DNA of 45,143 nt from Campylobacterales bacterium (GTDB lineage: Bacteria; Campylobacterota; Campylobacteria; Campylobacterales; SZUA-545), in the NCBI GenBank assembly GCA_050251635.1, contig JBFWML010000014.1, positions 1-45,143 of the forward strand. The letters run 5' to 3'. This document shows, in pieces, positions 17,065-26,555 of this stretch; position 1 is the first letter of the stretch, and every line of letters starts with the position of its first letter. Below the pieces are notes generated by a model. The model did no database searches and was not told the DNA's origin. It worked only from the letters and a program-made list of their open reading frames with translations. The position numbers and the translations under genes are program-made.

Positions 17065-17462
17065 CCCAAACGCACGAAATTTCCATCCAAACCCGCGCTC
17101 GATCGGAGATGATCAACATCACCGCGCAGGTTCAGCGGTTTGTCGCCGAGGCGGGCGCGCAAAACGGCGTGGTGACGCTTTTTGTGCCCCACACCACCGC
17201 CGCGATTACCATCAACGAAAACGCCGACCCTGACGTGGTGCGCGATATGACCGGGTTTATGGACGCTCTGGTGCCAAACGACCCGGCCTTCCGCCATGCC
17301 GAAGGCAATAGCGACAGCCATATCAAAACCAGCCTCTTTGGCCCCAGTTTGCAGGTGATTGTTAAAGAGGGCCGATTGTGGCTGGGTACTTGGCAGGGCA
17401 TTTACTTCTGCGAGTTCGACGGCCCGCGCAGCCGCAGGCTTTATATGGCGCTGACGGTATAA
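17061..17462 (+). CDS. YjbQ/UPF0047 family protein (secondary thiamine-phosphate synthase-like)
   Basis: 133 aa. Conserved VPHTTAAITINENADPDV and TWQGIYFCEFDGPR segments. ATGA overlap with metY. Confidence 0.8.
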   Translation: MTQTHEISIQTRARSEMINITAQVQRFVAEAGAQNGVVTLFVPHTTAAITINENADPDVVRDMTGFMDALVPNDPAFRHAEGNSDSHIKTSLFGPSLQVIVKEGRLWLGTWQGIYFCEFDGPRSRRLYMALTV

Positions 17463-17492
17463 TCCCGCCCATTTAACCGAAGCGATTTTTCT

Positions 17493-18383
17493 ATGCTAAC
17501 TCCCCTCATTCCCGTTGCCGTTTTGTTTGCCGCCGGGGCGCTTTTTCGCCGTTATAAGGGCGACTTGTCCGTACCGCTCGTTGAAGTGGTCATCTTTATC
17601 ATTTTCCCCGCCTTTGTGTTTAAAACCGTCTGGGCGCTGGAATTGGGCGCGGAGACTTTGCGCGTGGGCGTGATGGCGCTTTTTTCCGTGGCGCTGGGCG
17701 GCGTGTTGGGTTATGCGATCGGGCGGGTGTTTAAGCTCTCGCGCGGCACCACGGCGACGATGATGCTACTCGGCGCGCTGGGAAACACCTCGTTTTTGGG
17801 TTTTCCCTTTGTGGATGCCTATTGGGGGGATGCGGGGCTGGCCCATGCGGTGATTTTTGATCAGATCGCCACGATGCCGATGCTGGTTTTGTACGGCACG
17901 ATCGTCGCGGCGTGGGGAAGCGGATCGTCGGTCAACGCGCTGCAGATACTCTGGCGGATTTTGGCTTTTCCGCCCTTTATCGCGCTGGTGTTGGGGCTTT
18001 TGTTTAACGGGATGCCGTTACCCGATCCGCTGATTGCCACACTGGAAAAGATTGGCTCAGCACTGCTGCCCGTGATTTTGTTGGCGGTGGGGATGAAGTT
18101 CACCCTCTCGGCCCTGCGCGGAAACGCCCGCAACCTGACGCTGCTGCTGGGCATTAAAATGGTGGCTTTGCCGATCGGCGTGGCGCTGATCGCCTTGGTT
18201 TGGGGTGGTTGGGATTTGGCCGCTCAGGTGAGTATTGTCGAAGCGGCCATGCCGCCGATGGTGCTGGCTTCTGTGATGGCCATGCGGCAAAATCTGGACT
18301 CCGATCTGGCGGTGGCGGGGCTGGGGTTTGGGATGATTGCTTCCTTTGCGATCATCCCGCTGATTTATGCGGTGGTGGGTTAA
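17493..18383 (+). CDS. AEC-family transporter (auxin-efflux-carrier / malate permease family)
   Basis: 296 aa, about 10 predicted TM helices, typical AEC length. Confidence 0.75.
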   Translation: MLTPLIPVAVLFAAGALFRRYKGDLSVPLVEVVIFIIFPAFVFKTVWALELGAETLRVGVMALFSVALGGVLGYAIGRVFKLSRGTTATMMLLGALGNTSFLGFPFVDAYWGDAGLAHAVIFDQIATMPMLVLYGTIVAAWGSGSSVNALQILWRILAFPPFIALVLGLLFNGMPLPDPLIATLEKIGSALLPVILLAVGMKFTLSALRGNARNLTLLLGIKMVALPIGVALIALVWGGWDLAAQVSIVEAAMPPMVLASVMAMRQNLDSDLAVAGLGFGMIASFAIIPLIYAVVG

Positions 18384-19222
18384 CGCAGCAGCAAAAGCGG
18401 CTTTTGGGTTTGGGCGATCATCTTGGCGGTAAAACTGCCCAAAAGCGCATCCCTAAAGCGGTTGTGGCTAAAGGCGCCCATCACCGTAAAGTCGATATCG
18501 TGGGCGTTTTGGTAGCTTAACAGCCCGCCGATCGCGTCGCCCTCCACGGTGGCTAAAACCGCGTCGATTCCGCCCGCTTTTAGCACCTCGCCTGCGCGAT
18601 CGAGCAGTTTTTGCGAGTCCGCTTTGGCGCTGCTTGCGTGAACCACATGGCAGTCGAGCTGTTTAAACAGCGGCGCGGTCGCCATCATTTCCAGCGCCTT
18701 TTCGCTTGCAGCCGATCCATCGTAGGCTAGCATCGCTTTTTTGGGCTGCGTAAAGGCTTGGCTGACTAAAAAGATCGGCTTATGCAGAGAGCGGATCACC
18801 TCTTCGATCTGGCCGCCGATCTTGTGGCTCTCTTCGCCGCGAAGCCCCAGCACCAGCACGCGCATCTGATCTTGCAGCTCGATCAGGTTTTCATACGGCG
18901 GGCCGTGGCGCTGGGAAAGCTGTGCCTCTACGCCCATCTTGGCCGCGCAGGTTCTGGCCGCTTCCAGCGCCGCTTTGCCCTTGGCTAGAAGCGTTTTGCT
19001 CTCTTCGCGCTCCTCTTCGGTCAGGCTTTCAAGCAATTCGTCGCGCGCGCCCAGACCGATATTGCCGCTTAAGTCCGTCGGCGCAGGCTTGCTGTGGTGT
19101 TCGACCGCGTGGATAAACTTGAGCGGTTTGCCGATGGTTTGGGCGATCCATGCGGCGTACTCGGCCACCGCGCAGCTTAGTTCCGATCCGTCCACGCAGC
19201 CCAAGACGGTGTTGTTTTGCAT
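18380..19222 (-). CDS. universal stress protein, tandem UspA domains
   Basis: 280 aa. Two Usp modules (VLGCVDGSELS ... and VLVLGLRGE ...). Confidence 0.8.
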   Translation of the reverse strand: MQNNTVLGCVDGSELSCAVAEYAAWIAQTIGKPLKFIHAVEHHSKPAPTDLSGNIGLGARDELLESLTEEEREESKTLLAKGKAALEAARTCAAKMGVEAQLSQRHGPPYENLIELQDQMRVLVLGLRGEESHKIGGQIEEVIRSLHKPIFLVSQAFTQPKKAMLAYDGSAASEKALEMMATAPLFKQLDCHVVHASSAKADSQKLLDRAGEVLKAGGIDAVLATVEGDAIGGLLSYQNAHDIDFTVMGAFSHNRFRDALLGSFTAKMIAQTQKPLLLLR

Positions 19223-20715
19223 TAGTGCCCTCCCAGAACTTTTTGAATCTCTTCGGGTTTGTCGTGAATGCCGAAGCGGTCGATGATGGTCTGACTGGCT
19301 TCATTATGGCCGATGAGCTCCACCTCGGTGCCTTCGCGGCGGAATTTGATAACCGTTTTATCCAGCGCGTACACCGCCGAAACGTCCCAAAAATGCGCGC
19401 GGCTTAGGTCGATGACCACTTTATCCACCACCTCTTTAAAGTCAAAAAAGCTCACCAGCCGATCGGCGGAGTTAAAAAACACCTGCCCCACCACGTGGTA
19501 AGTGCGGGTATTGGTGGCTTCATCTAGGCTGGACTGGACATACATAAAGTGGCTGATCTTGTTGGCAAAAAAAAGCGAAGCCAGCAGCACGCCGGTCAGC
19601 ACCCCGTAGGCGAGGTTGTGGGTAAACACCACCACTAAAACCGTGGCGATCACCACGATATTGGTCGAAAGGGGCAGGGTTTTGGCCCGTTTTACATACC
19701 CCCAGTCAAAGGTGCCAATCGAAACCATAATCATCACCGCCACCAGCGCAGCCATGGGAATGACGGAGATATAATCACTCAAAAACACCACCATAATCAG
19801 CAAGAAAAAGCCCGCAACAAAGGTCGAAAGCCGCCCCCGCCCACCGGATTTGACGTTAATGACCGACTGGCCGATCATGGCGCAACCGGCCATACCGCCC
19901 ATGAGGCCCGAAGCGATATTGGCCACCCCTTGGCCTTTGCATTCGCGGTGTTTGTCGCTTTTGGTATCGGTTAGATCATCCACGATCGTCGCGGTCATTA
20001 ACGATTCCAAAAGACCCACAACCGCCAGCGCGGCGGAGTAGGGCAGAATGATTGCCAGCGTTTCAAAATTTAGCGGCACATCGGGCCAGAGAAACACCGG
20101 CAACGTATCGGGCAGTTCGCCCATATCGCCCACGGTGCGCACCTCGATCCCCAGCACCACCGCAACGATTGTCAGAAAGACGATCGTCACCAAGGGCGAA
20201 GGCAGCAGTTTGCCGACCTTGGGCAGATAGGGAAACAGATAGATAATCCCAAGACCCGCAGCGGTGAGCGCGTAAACGTGCCAAGTGACGTTGGTCAGTT
20301 CGGGCAGTTGCGCCATAAAGATCAAAATCGCCAGCGCGTTCACAAACCCGATCACCACCGCGCGGGCGACAAAACTCATTAAGTGGGCGATTTTCAGGTA
20401 GCCCAAAACGATCTGAATCACCCCGGTTAAAAGCGTCGCCGCCAGCAGGTACTCTAGGCCGTGTTCCTTCACCAGCGTCACCATTAAAAGCGCCATCGCC
20501 CCCGTGGCGGCACTGATCATGCCGGGCCGCCCGCCCACAAAGGCGATCACCACGGCGATACAAAACGAAGCGTACAAGCCGACCTTGGGGTCAACCCCGG
20601 CAATAATCGAAAAGGCGATCGCTTCGGGAATCAGCGCCAGCGCCACCACAAGGCCTGAGAGCAGATCGCCGCGAATATTGCCAAACCACTCTTTTTGGGT
20701 CGAAAGCAGTAACAA
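19222..20715 (-). CDS. SulP-family anion transporter with C-terminal STAS domain
   Basis: 497 aa. SulP N-terminal signature [26 protein letters not shown]-terminal STAS-like region. TTG start with AAGGAG SD. Confidence 0.85.
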   Translation of the reverse strand: MLLLSTQKEWFGNIRGDLLSGLVVALALIPEAIAFSIIAGVDPKVGLYASFCIAVVIAFVGGRPGMISAATGAMALLMVTLVKEHGLEYLLAATLLTGVIQIVLGYLKIAHLMSFVARAVVIGFVNALAILIFMAQLPELTNVTWHVYALTAAGLGIIYLFPYLPKVGKLLPSPLVTIVFLTIVAVVLGIEVRTVGDMGELPDTLPVFLWPDVPLNFETLAIILPYSAALAVVGLLESLMTATIVDDLTDTKSDKHRECKGQGVANIASGLMGGMAGCAMIGQSVINVKSGGRGRLSTFVAGFFLLIMVVFLSDYISVIPMAALVAVMIMVSIGTFDWGYVKRAKTLPLSTNIVVIATVLVVVFTHNLAYGVLTGVLLASLFFANKISHFMYVQSSLDEATNTRTYHVVGQVFFNSADRLVSFFDFKEVVDKVVIDLSRAHFWDVSAVYALDKTVIKFRREGTEVELIGHNEASQTIIDRFGIHDKPEEIQKVLGGH

Positions 20716-20791
20716 AAAAGCTCCTTGGGATTAAAAAGGTATGCAGTTCAAAAGAGGAGGAAATGCGGCGCGGATTGTATCAGCCGGGCGG

Positions 20792-21772
20792 TTAGTTACC
20801 GTTCAAGCGGATAGTGAAGCAAACACCCTGCGGCCGGTTTTCAAAACTCAGCCGCCCGCCCATCTGTTTTTCGATGGCGGTTTTCGCGGCGTACAGCGAC
20901 AGGCCCACGCCGCTTCCGGCAAATTTGGTGGTGAAGTAGGGCGAGAACAACATCTTTGCGTGTTCGCTGCTGATGGGTTCTCCGTTGTTGCAAATCATAA
21001 CGGCTATGGAGCCTTCGTGCTGTTCGAGCCGAATTTCGATGCGTCCGCTGCCGGGTTCCAAAACCCCCTCTTTGACGCTGCGCTCGATCGCCTCTCTGGC
21101 GTTGGTCAGGATGGTGAGCAGCGCTTGTTTGAAGGTGCTGGGACTGCCGTTTACGACGGCATCGCCGCCCTCAAGCCGGCTGTCGATGACTACCGTGATT
21201 TTTTCGTACTCCATCAGTTCGCGGACAATCTTGCAGGCGCGATCGACGCTTTGGTAGATGGCGATTTGCTGCTGTTCGTCTCTTTTGCTAAAAAAGTAGC
21301 TGAACTGATCGATCGTGTGGCTCATGGCCTGCATTTCGGACATCATTTTTCCCACGGTGGTCTTGACCTGCTCTTCGCTCAGATCGCCGTGCAGATAGCT
21401 GTCTTCAATATCCTGCGCCATCAAGGCAACGCGGGTGAGGGGCTGGCGCCAGTGGTGGGCCACCAGACGCAGCGTTTCGCTGAGCGCGTTGAGCCGCGCC
21501 TGATTGATCAAAATCTGCTCCCCCTCCCGGCGCTTTGCGACTTCGTATTCGACCCGCTCTTCAAGCTCTGTATTGATTTTTTCAAGTTTTTTGACCAGCC
21601 GGTTGATCAGATAAAAAAGCAGCACGGCCGTAAAGCCCACAAAGCCAATCCCTTTGATGTTTTGCCAAAACACCATATTTTCAGGATTCAAAAGCAGCAG
21701 AGCGCGATCGGAGAGTAAAATCCACAGCACGGAAAGCGCAAGATAGATCAAGGCAATGCGAAGCGGGCTCAT
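20792..21772 (-). CDS. sensor histidine kinase (two TM helices with a minimal loop, HisKA, HATPase_c)
   Basis: 326 aa. H-box LVAHHWRQPLTRV, nearly identical to the kinase at 6622-8541. GSGVGLSLYAAK G-box. Confidence 0.8.
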   Translation of the reverse strand: MSPLRIALIYLALSVLWILLSDRALLLLNPENMVFWQNIKGIGFVGFTAVLLFYLINRLVKKLEKINTELEERVEYEVAKRREGEQILINQARLNALSETLRLVAHHWRQPLTRVALMAQDIEDSYLHGDLSEEQVKTTVGKMMSEMQAMSHTIDQFSYFFSKRDEQQQIAIYQSVDRACKIVRELMEYEKITVVIDSRLEGGDAVVNGSPSTFKQALLTILTNAREAIERSVKEGVLEPGSGRIEIRLEQHEGSIAVMICNNGEPISSEHAKMLFSPYFTTKFAGSGVGLSLYAAKTAIEKQMGGRLSFENRPQGVCFTIRLNGN

Positions 21773-21889
21773 GATGTTCCCTTGCCGGCTTAATTTGTTT
21801 CATTCTGCCCTTTTTATTCTTAGCTCAAGCTGTGGGTTCATTGCCGCAAAAAGGCCCATGTTAAAGGGCCGTGGGCTATACTTTTTGCC

Positions 21890-22336
21890 ATGAAAAAGTT
21901 TTATATAGCCAGCGATCACGCCGGATTTGAGATGAAGCAGGCGCTTATTGAGTACCTCAAAAGCAAAGGGTGCGACGTGGCCGATATGGGCCCGGCGGAT
22001 GCAAGCCGCGTAGATTACCCCGACTATGCGCGCAAGGTGGCGACCGAGGTCGTTAAAGACGCCGAAGCCAGCGGCATTCTGGTTTGCGGCACGGGCATTG
22101 GCATCAGTATCGCCGCCAACAAAGTCGCGGGTGTTCGCGCCGCGCTCTGCCACGATGCCTACACGGCAGGCATGGCCCGGGCCCACAACAACGCCAACGT
22201 GCTTTGCATGGGCGCGCGGGTTGTGGGGCTGGGCGTGGCCGAATCGATGATCGACGCGTGGCTTTCCACCGCCTTTGAAGGCGGCCGCCACGCCGATCGC
22301 GTTAATAAGATTGAGAGCTGCGGTGTTTTTCTTTAG
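21890..22336 (+). CDS. rpiB: ribose-5-phosphate isomerase B
   Basis: 148 aa. MKKFYIASDHAGF N-terminus. Catalytic region ILVCGTGIGISIAANK. Confidence 0.9.
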   Translation: MKKFYIASDHAGFEMKQALIEYLKSKGCDVADMGPADASRVDYPDYARKVATEVVKDAEASGILVCGTGIGISIAANKVAGVRAALCHDAYTAGMARAHNNANVLCMGARVVGLGVAESMIDAWLSTAFEGGRHADRVNKIESCGVFL

Positions 22337-22658
22337 TTGGCTTTTTTTAACCTTCACCATCGTGGTGACGGGGTTTTTGTTCTTCAAGGTTTTTTACTAC
22401 AAAAACCTCATGGAAAAAGAGCACAAAAGCAACATGATCCTCAAAGAGACATTGCGCGAAGCGGAAATTCTCATCCGCAAATACCAGCTTCAGTTGCAGC
22501 GCAGTTTGGGCAACACCGATATTCTCAACGAAGAGATGAACCGCCTGCGCAACGACGTAAAAGCCTTCAAGGCCCGCAACGCGCAGTACCGCATTGAAAA
22601 CGAACGCATCCGCCACAAGATCAAAGACCTCGAAAGCAAGATCGAAGCACTACTCTAA
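22323..22658 (+). CDS. membrane-anchored coiled-coil protein (hypothetical)
   Basis: One TM segment (FFFSWLFLTFTIVVTGFLFF) followed by a heptad-rich region. Start is uncertain: the track ORF begins at TTG 22275 inside rpiB, and a GTG at 22323 is proposed. Confidence 0.35.
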   Translation: MFFFSWLFLTFTIVVTGFLFFKVFYYKNLMEKEHKSNMILKETLREAEILIRKYQLQLQRSLGNTDILNEEMNRLRNDVKAFKARNAQYRIENERIRHKIKDLESKIEALL

Positions 22659-22667
22659 GGAGTCTCC

Positions 22668-23216
22668 ATGCCGCTTAAACACGAAGATAAAGCGTTTTTG
22701 TTCGACAATATCCGCGATGTGCCCGATTTTCCCAAACAGGGCATTTTGTTTAAAGATATCACCACACTGATCAAAAACCCCAAGGCTTCGGGCCTGTTGA
22801 TGGCCCATCTGGTGCGCCGCTACAAAGACAAGGGCATCGACTATATTGCCGGGGCCGAAAGCCGGGGCTTTTTATTCGGCGCGCCGCTGGCCCATGCATT
22901 GGGCGTCGGTTTTGTGCCGATCCGCAAACCGGGCAAGCTGCCCTACACCACGGTGAGCGAAAAATACGCGCTGGAATACGGTTTTGACGAAGTGCAGATT
23001 CACATCGACGCCTTTGCGGGCGTTCACAACCCCAAAGTGCTTTTTATCGACGACCTGATCGCCACCGGCGGCACCGCCGAAGCCTCCATCAAACTGATCG
23101 AAAAGGTCGGCGCCAAATGCGTGGAAGCCTGCTTTATCATCGACCTCACCTTTTTAGAGGGCAAAAAGCGCATCGAAAAACTGACGGAGTTTTATAGCGT
23201 TTTGCAGGTGGATTAA
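22668..23216 (+). CDS. apt: adenine phosphoribosyltransferase
   Basis: 182 aa. PRPP-binding motif [13 protein letters not shown]. Confidence 0.9.
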   Translation: MPLKHEDKAFLFDNIRDVPDFPKQGILFKDITTLIKNPKASGLLMAHLVRRYKDKGIDYIAGAESRGFLFGAPLAHALGVGFVPIRKPGKLPYTTVSEKYALEYGFDEVQIHIDAFAGVHNPKVLFIDDLIATGGTAEASIKLIEKVGAKCVEACFIIDLTFLEGKKRIEKLTEFYSVLQVD

Positions 23217-23551
23217 ATCGTCGGGTTTCTGCCTAGAAGCCTGAGTAGAACTTTTCTAAACCCGTTAAGCAGCGGATAAAACACCCTGAGTGGCCGCAGG
23301 GTGTTTTCCAAAACCGCCAACGCCTCGGCCCCCTGATAGATTTTCCCTTCCAAAACCAGAATCATCCCGTTGTTAATCTCAAAACCTTGCGCCCTAAGCG
23401 CCGCGATCGTCCCCGGTTCTTCGCGGGCGTTTTTAAGGGTTAGATTGAACTTGCGGCGCAAACGCACATAGTCGGCGTAACGGCGGCAAAAGGGGCATTC
23501 GCCGTCATAATAAAGTACATTTTCGCCCATCTTTAACCCTTTGACGATCAA
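23213..23551 (-). CDS. thiol-disulfide oxidoreductase, DCC family (DUF393)
   Basis: 112 aa. N-terminal [10 protein letters not shown] motif. Confidence 0.75.
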   Translation of the reverse strand: MIVKGLKMGENVLYYDGECPFCRRYADYVRLRRKFNLTLKNAREEPGTIAALRAQGFEINNGMILVLEGKIYQGAEALAVLENTLRPLRVFYPLLNGFRKVLLRLLGRNPTI

Positions 23552-23605
23552 CGCTTTGCAAGCCGCGCGGCGGTATGCTACCCGCTTTTAAAGCGAGGCT
23601 TTTTT

Positions 23606-24811
23606 ATGGAACAGTATATCCCCAAACCTTCCCCCTTTGACCCCGACGAACGCGGCCATTTCGGCATTTTTGGCGGGCGGTATGTGCCCGAAACCCTGAT
23701 GCCGCTTTTGATCGAACTGGAATCGGTGTACCGCGAGGTACGCTGCGATCCCGCCTTTTGGGGCGAGGCGCACAAGCTGCTGGAAGATTACGTGGGCCGC
23801 CCGTCGCCCCTGTACCGCGCCGCAAGCCTGAGCCAAGAGCTGGGCGCGGAGATTTACCTCAAGCGCGAAGACCTCAACCACACCGGCGCGCACAAGGTGA
23901 ATAACACCGTATTGCAAGGGCTGCTGGCTAAACGGATGGGCAAAAAGAAGGTCATCGCCGAAACCGGGGCAGGGCAGCACGGCGTGGCAACCGCCACCGT
24001 GGCGGCACTGCTGGGCTTGGAGTGCGAAGTGTTTATGGGGGAAAAGGATGTGGAGCGCCAATCGCTCAACGTCTTTCGCATGAAGCTGCTGGGGGCCAAG
24101 GTGCATCCGGTTAAAAGCGGTTCGCGCACCCTTAAGGACGCCATGAACGACGCGATCCGCCACTGGGTAACGAACGCGCGCGATACGTTTTATATTATCG
24201 GCACTGTCGCCGGGCCGCATCCGTATCCCATGATGGTGCGGGATTTTCAGGCGATTATCAGCTATGAAGCCCGCGCCCAGATGTTAAAGCAGGCGGGCAA
24301 ACTGCCCGATCGGGTGGTGGCGTGTATCGGCGGCGGCAGCAATGCGATTGGGATTTTTCACCACTTTTTGCAAGATAGCGCGGTGCAGTGCATCGGCATC
24401 GAAGCGGGCGGTTTGGGGCTTAGCACGGGCAAGCACGGTGCCAGCCTGGAAAAAGGCACCCCCGGCGTGCTCCACGGCCAAATGAGTTACCTGCTGCAAG
24501 ACAGCGAAGGGCAGATTATGGAAGCCCACTCCATCTCCGCCGGACTGGACTACCCCGGCATCGGCCCCGAACACGCCGCGCACAAGGACGCGGGCCGCGT
24601 CAAATACGACAACGTCACCGACCAGGAGGCGATCGACGCCTTTGTATGGCTTAGCCGCGCCGAGGGGATTATCCCGGCCTTTGAATCGGCCCATGCGATC
24701 GCCTATCTGAAAAAGATGCCCGACATTAAGGGTAAAACTATTTTGATCGGCCTGTCGGGCCGGGGCGATAAGGATATGATTCAAGCGCGGGAGCTGCTCA
24801 AATTTGACTAA
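23606..24811 (+). CDS. trpB: tryptophan synthase beta chain
   Basis: 401 aa. PLP-lysine motif [17 protein letters not shown] motif. Confidence 0.95.
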   Translation: MEQYIPKPSPFDPDERGHFGIFGGRYVPETLMPLLIELESVYREVRCDPAFWGEAHKLLEDYVGRPSPLYRAASLSQELGAEIYLKREDLNHTGAHKVNNTVLQGLLAKRMGKKKVIAETGAGQHGVATATVAALLGLECEVFMGEKDVERQSLNVFRMKLLGAKVHPVKSGSRTLKDAMNDAIRHWVTNARDTFYIIGTVAGPHPYPMMVRDFQAIISYEARAQMLKQAGKLPDRVVACIGGGSNAIGIFHHFLQDSAVQCIGIEAGGLGLSTGKHGASLEKGTPGVLHGQMSYLLQDSEGQIMEAHSISAGLDYPGIGPEHAAHKDAGRVKYDNVTDQEAIDAFVWLSRAEGIIPAFESAHAIAYLKKMPDIKGKTILIGLSGRGDKDMIQARELLKFD

Positions 24812-24836
24812 ACTGCTGGGGCGTTATTTGTAAAAG

Positions 24837-24852
24837 TGGAACGCGGTTTGCT
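24837..24852 (+). promoter_or_regulatory. sigma54 (RpoN)-type -24/-12 promoter upstream of flgF-flgG
   Basis: TGGAAC-gcggt-TTGCT fits TGGCAC-N5-TTGCW with exact GG/GC spacing. It lies about 35 nt upstream of the flgF ATG, and a GAAGGA SD follows. Confidence 0.5.
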
Positions 24853-24886
24853 AAGCGGAGGGTAACTTCCGTGAAGGATTTGCGCC

Positions 24887-25702
24887 ATGCAAACCGGCTT
24901 TTACAGCAACACCGGCGGGATGGTCACCCAGTTTAACCGGCTGGATGTCATCTCCAACAATCTTGCCAACGTCAACACCACGGGTTTTAAACGCGACGAT
25001 GTGGTGATTGGCGACTATATGCGTCTCTACAGTGAAACCCACGACGAACTGCCGCTGCGCAACCACACCCGCCAGGCTTCGCAACACCTCAACCGCGCCA
25101 TGGTGCGCGTGCCGCAGGTGGTCGAAGAGTACACCAATCACGATCTGGGCGGCTTTGTGCAGACGGGCAATGCGCTCGATGTGGCGCTGCAAAGCCCCAA
25201 CCTCTTCTTTGCCGTGCAGACCCCCGGCGGCGTGCGCTATACCCGCGACGGCAGTTTTCGGCTGGATGATCAGGGTTTTTTGGTGGCCAAAGAGGGATTT
25301 AAAGTGCTGGACAATCAGGGCAATCCCATTCAACTGCCCTCCGATCGCCGCGTGACGATCGACGCCGAAGGCACCCTGACGCTGCAAAACGAAAACAACC
25401 TTATCGATCAAGAGCCGGTGGGTACTTTACGGATTGTGCGGTTTGACAACCCCAAATGGCTGGAAAAAACCGGGCACAACTACTTCAAAAACGACGATCG
25501 CAACGAAGCGCCCGTGGCGGCCACCGGCCAGTTCTTAACCGCGCAGGGGTATCTGGAAAAATCCAATATCAACCCCGTTTCCGAAATGACCGCGCTCATT
25601 GAGACCAACCGTCTGGTGGGGATGTACCAAAAAGTCATGGATACTCATATGAATGACATCAATTCCGATGCCATCAACAAACTCGCAACGATTAAAGCCT
25701 AA
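24887..25702 (+). CDS. flgF: flagellar basal-body rod protein FlgF (FlgG2-type)
   Basis: 271 aa. Rod-protein N-terminal domain NRLDVISNNLANVNTTGFKR and conserved C-terminal domain. Confidence 0.85.
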   Translation: MQTGFYSNTGGMVTQFNRLDVISNNLANVNTTGFKRDDVVIGDYMRLYSETHDELPLRNHTRQASQHLNRAMVRVPQVVEEYTNHDLGGFVQTGNALDVALQSPNLFFAVQTPGGVRYTRDGSFRLDDQGFLVAKEGFKVLDNQGNPIQLPSDRRVTIDAEGTLTLQNENNLIDQEPVGTLRIVRFDNPKWLEKTGHNYFKNDDRNEAPVAATGQFLTAQGYLEKSNINPVSEMTALIETNRLVGMYQKVMDTHMNDINSDAINKLATIKA

Positions 25703-25713
25703 GGAGAAAACCG

Positions 25714-26502
25714 ATGATCCGCTCGCTCTATACCGCCGCCACCGGCATGAAGGCCCAACAGCTCAGCATCGACACCGTGTCCAACAACATTGCCAACGTC
25801 AACACCGCCGGCTACAAAAAGCAGCGCGCCGAGTTTGCCGACTTGATGTATCAGGTCATGGAGTACGCCGGCACCTCCACCAGCGCCACCACCATCAGCC
25901 CGACGGGCATGGAAGTGGGTCTGGGCGTGCGCCCCACGGCGATTCAAAAGCTCTTTACCCAGGGCAACTTCAAAGAGACCGGAAACCAGCTCGATGTGGC
26001 CGTCAGCGGCGAAGGGTTTTTCCAGATTCAGCTGCCCGACGGCTCCACCGCCTACACCCGAAACGGCGGCTTTAAGCTCGATGCCAACGGCACGATCGTC
26101 ACCGCCGACGGCTATCCGCTCCTGCCGCAGGTGGTTGTGCCCGCCGATACCACACAGCTCACCATCGGCACCGACGGCACCATCAGCGTGATGCAGGCGG
26201 GTCAAACGCAGGCCAATCAGATCGGCCAGTTCGAGCTGGCGGACTTTATCAACCCCGCCGGTTTGCACGCCTTGGGGGATAACAACTACATCAACACCAC
26301 CGCTTCGGGCGACCCCATCGTGGGCCAGCCGGGACTCAACGGTCTGGGTCAAACCCGCCAGCTCTTTGTGGAGCTTTCCAACGTGCAACTGGTGGAAGAG
26401 ATGACCGACCTCATCAGCGGCCAGCGCGCCTATGAAGCGGGCTCCAAGGCCATCACCACTTCGGATGAAATGCTCAGCACCGTCAATCAGCTGAAACGCT
26501 AA
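25714..26502 (+). CDS. flgG: flagellar distal rod protein FlgG
   Basis: 262 aa. MIRSLYTAATGMKAQQLSIDTVSNNIANVNTAGYKKQRAEF is a near-canonical FlgG N-terminus. Confidence 0.9.
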   Translation: MIRSLYTAATGMKAQQLSIDTVSNNIANVNTAGYKKQRAEFADLMYQVMEYAGTSTSATTISPTGMEVGLGVRPTAIQKLFTQGNFKETGNQLDVAVSGEGFFQIQLPDGSTAYTRNGGFKLDANGTIVTADGYPLLPQVVVPADTTQLTIGTDGTISVMQAGQTQANQIGQFELADFINPAGLHALGDNNYINTTASGDPIVGQPGLNGLGQTRQLFVELSNVQLVEEMTDLISGQRAYEAGSKAITTSDEMLSTVNQLKR

Positions 26503-26517
26503 TAACCGCCCCCTTTA

Positions 26518-26543
26518 GCGCCGGAGTTTTCCGGCGCCTTTTT
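26518..26543 (+). terminator. Rho-independent terminator after flgG
   Basis: Perfect 8-bp stem GCGCCGGA / TCCGGCGC with a 4-nt loop, followed by CTTTTT. Confidence 0.7.
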
Positions 26544-26555
26544 GTACAATCCGGC

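Noticed and set aside
20741-21718. 325-aa plus-strand ORF
   Set aside because: Antisense to the small histidine kinase.
23588-24220. 210-aa minus-strand ORF
   Set aside because: Antisense to trpB.
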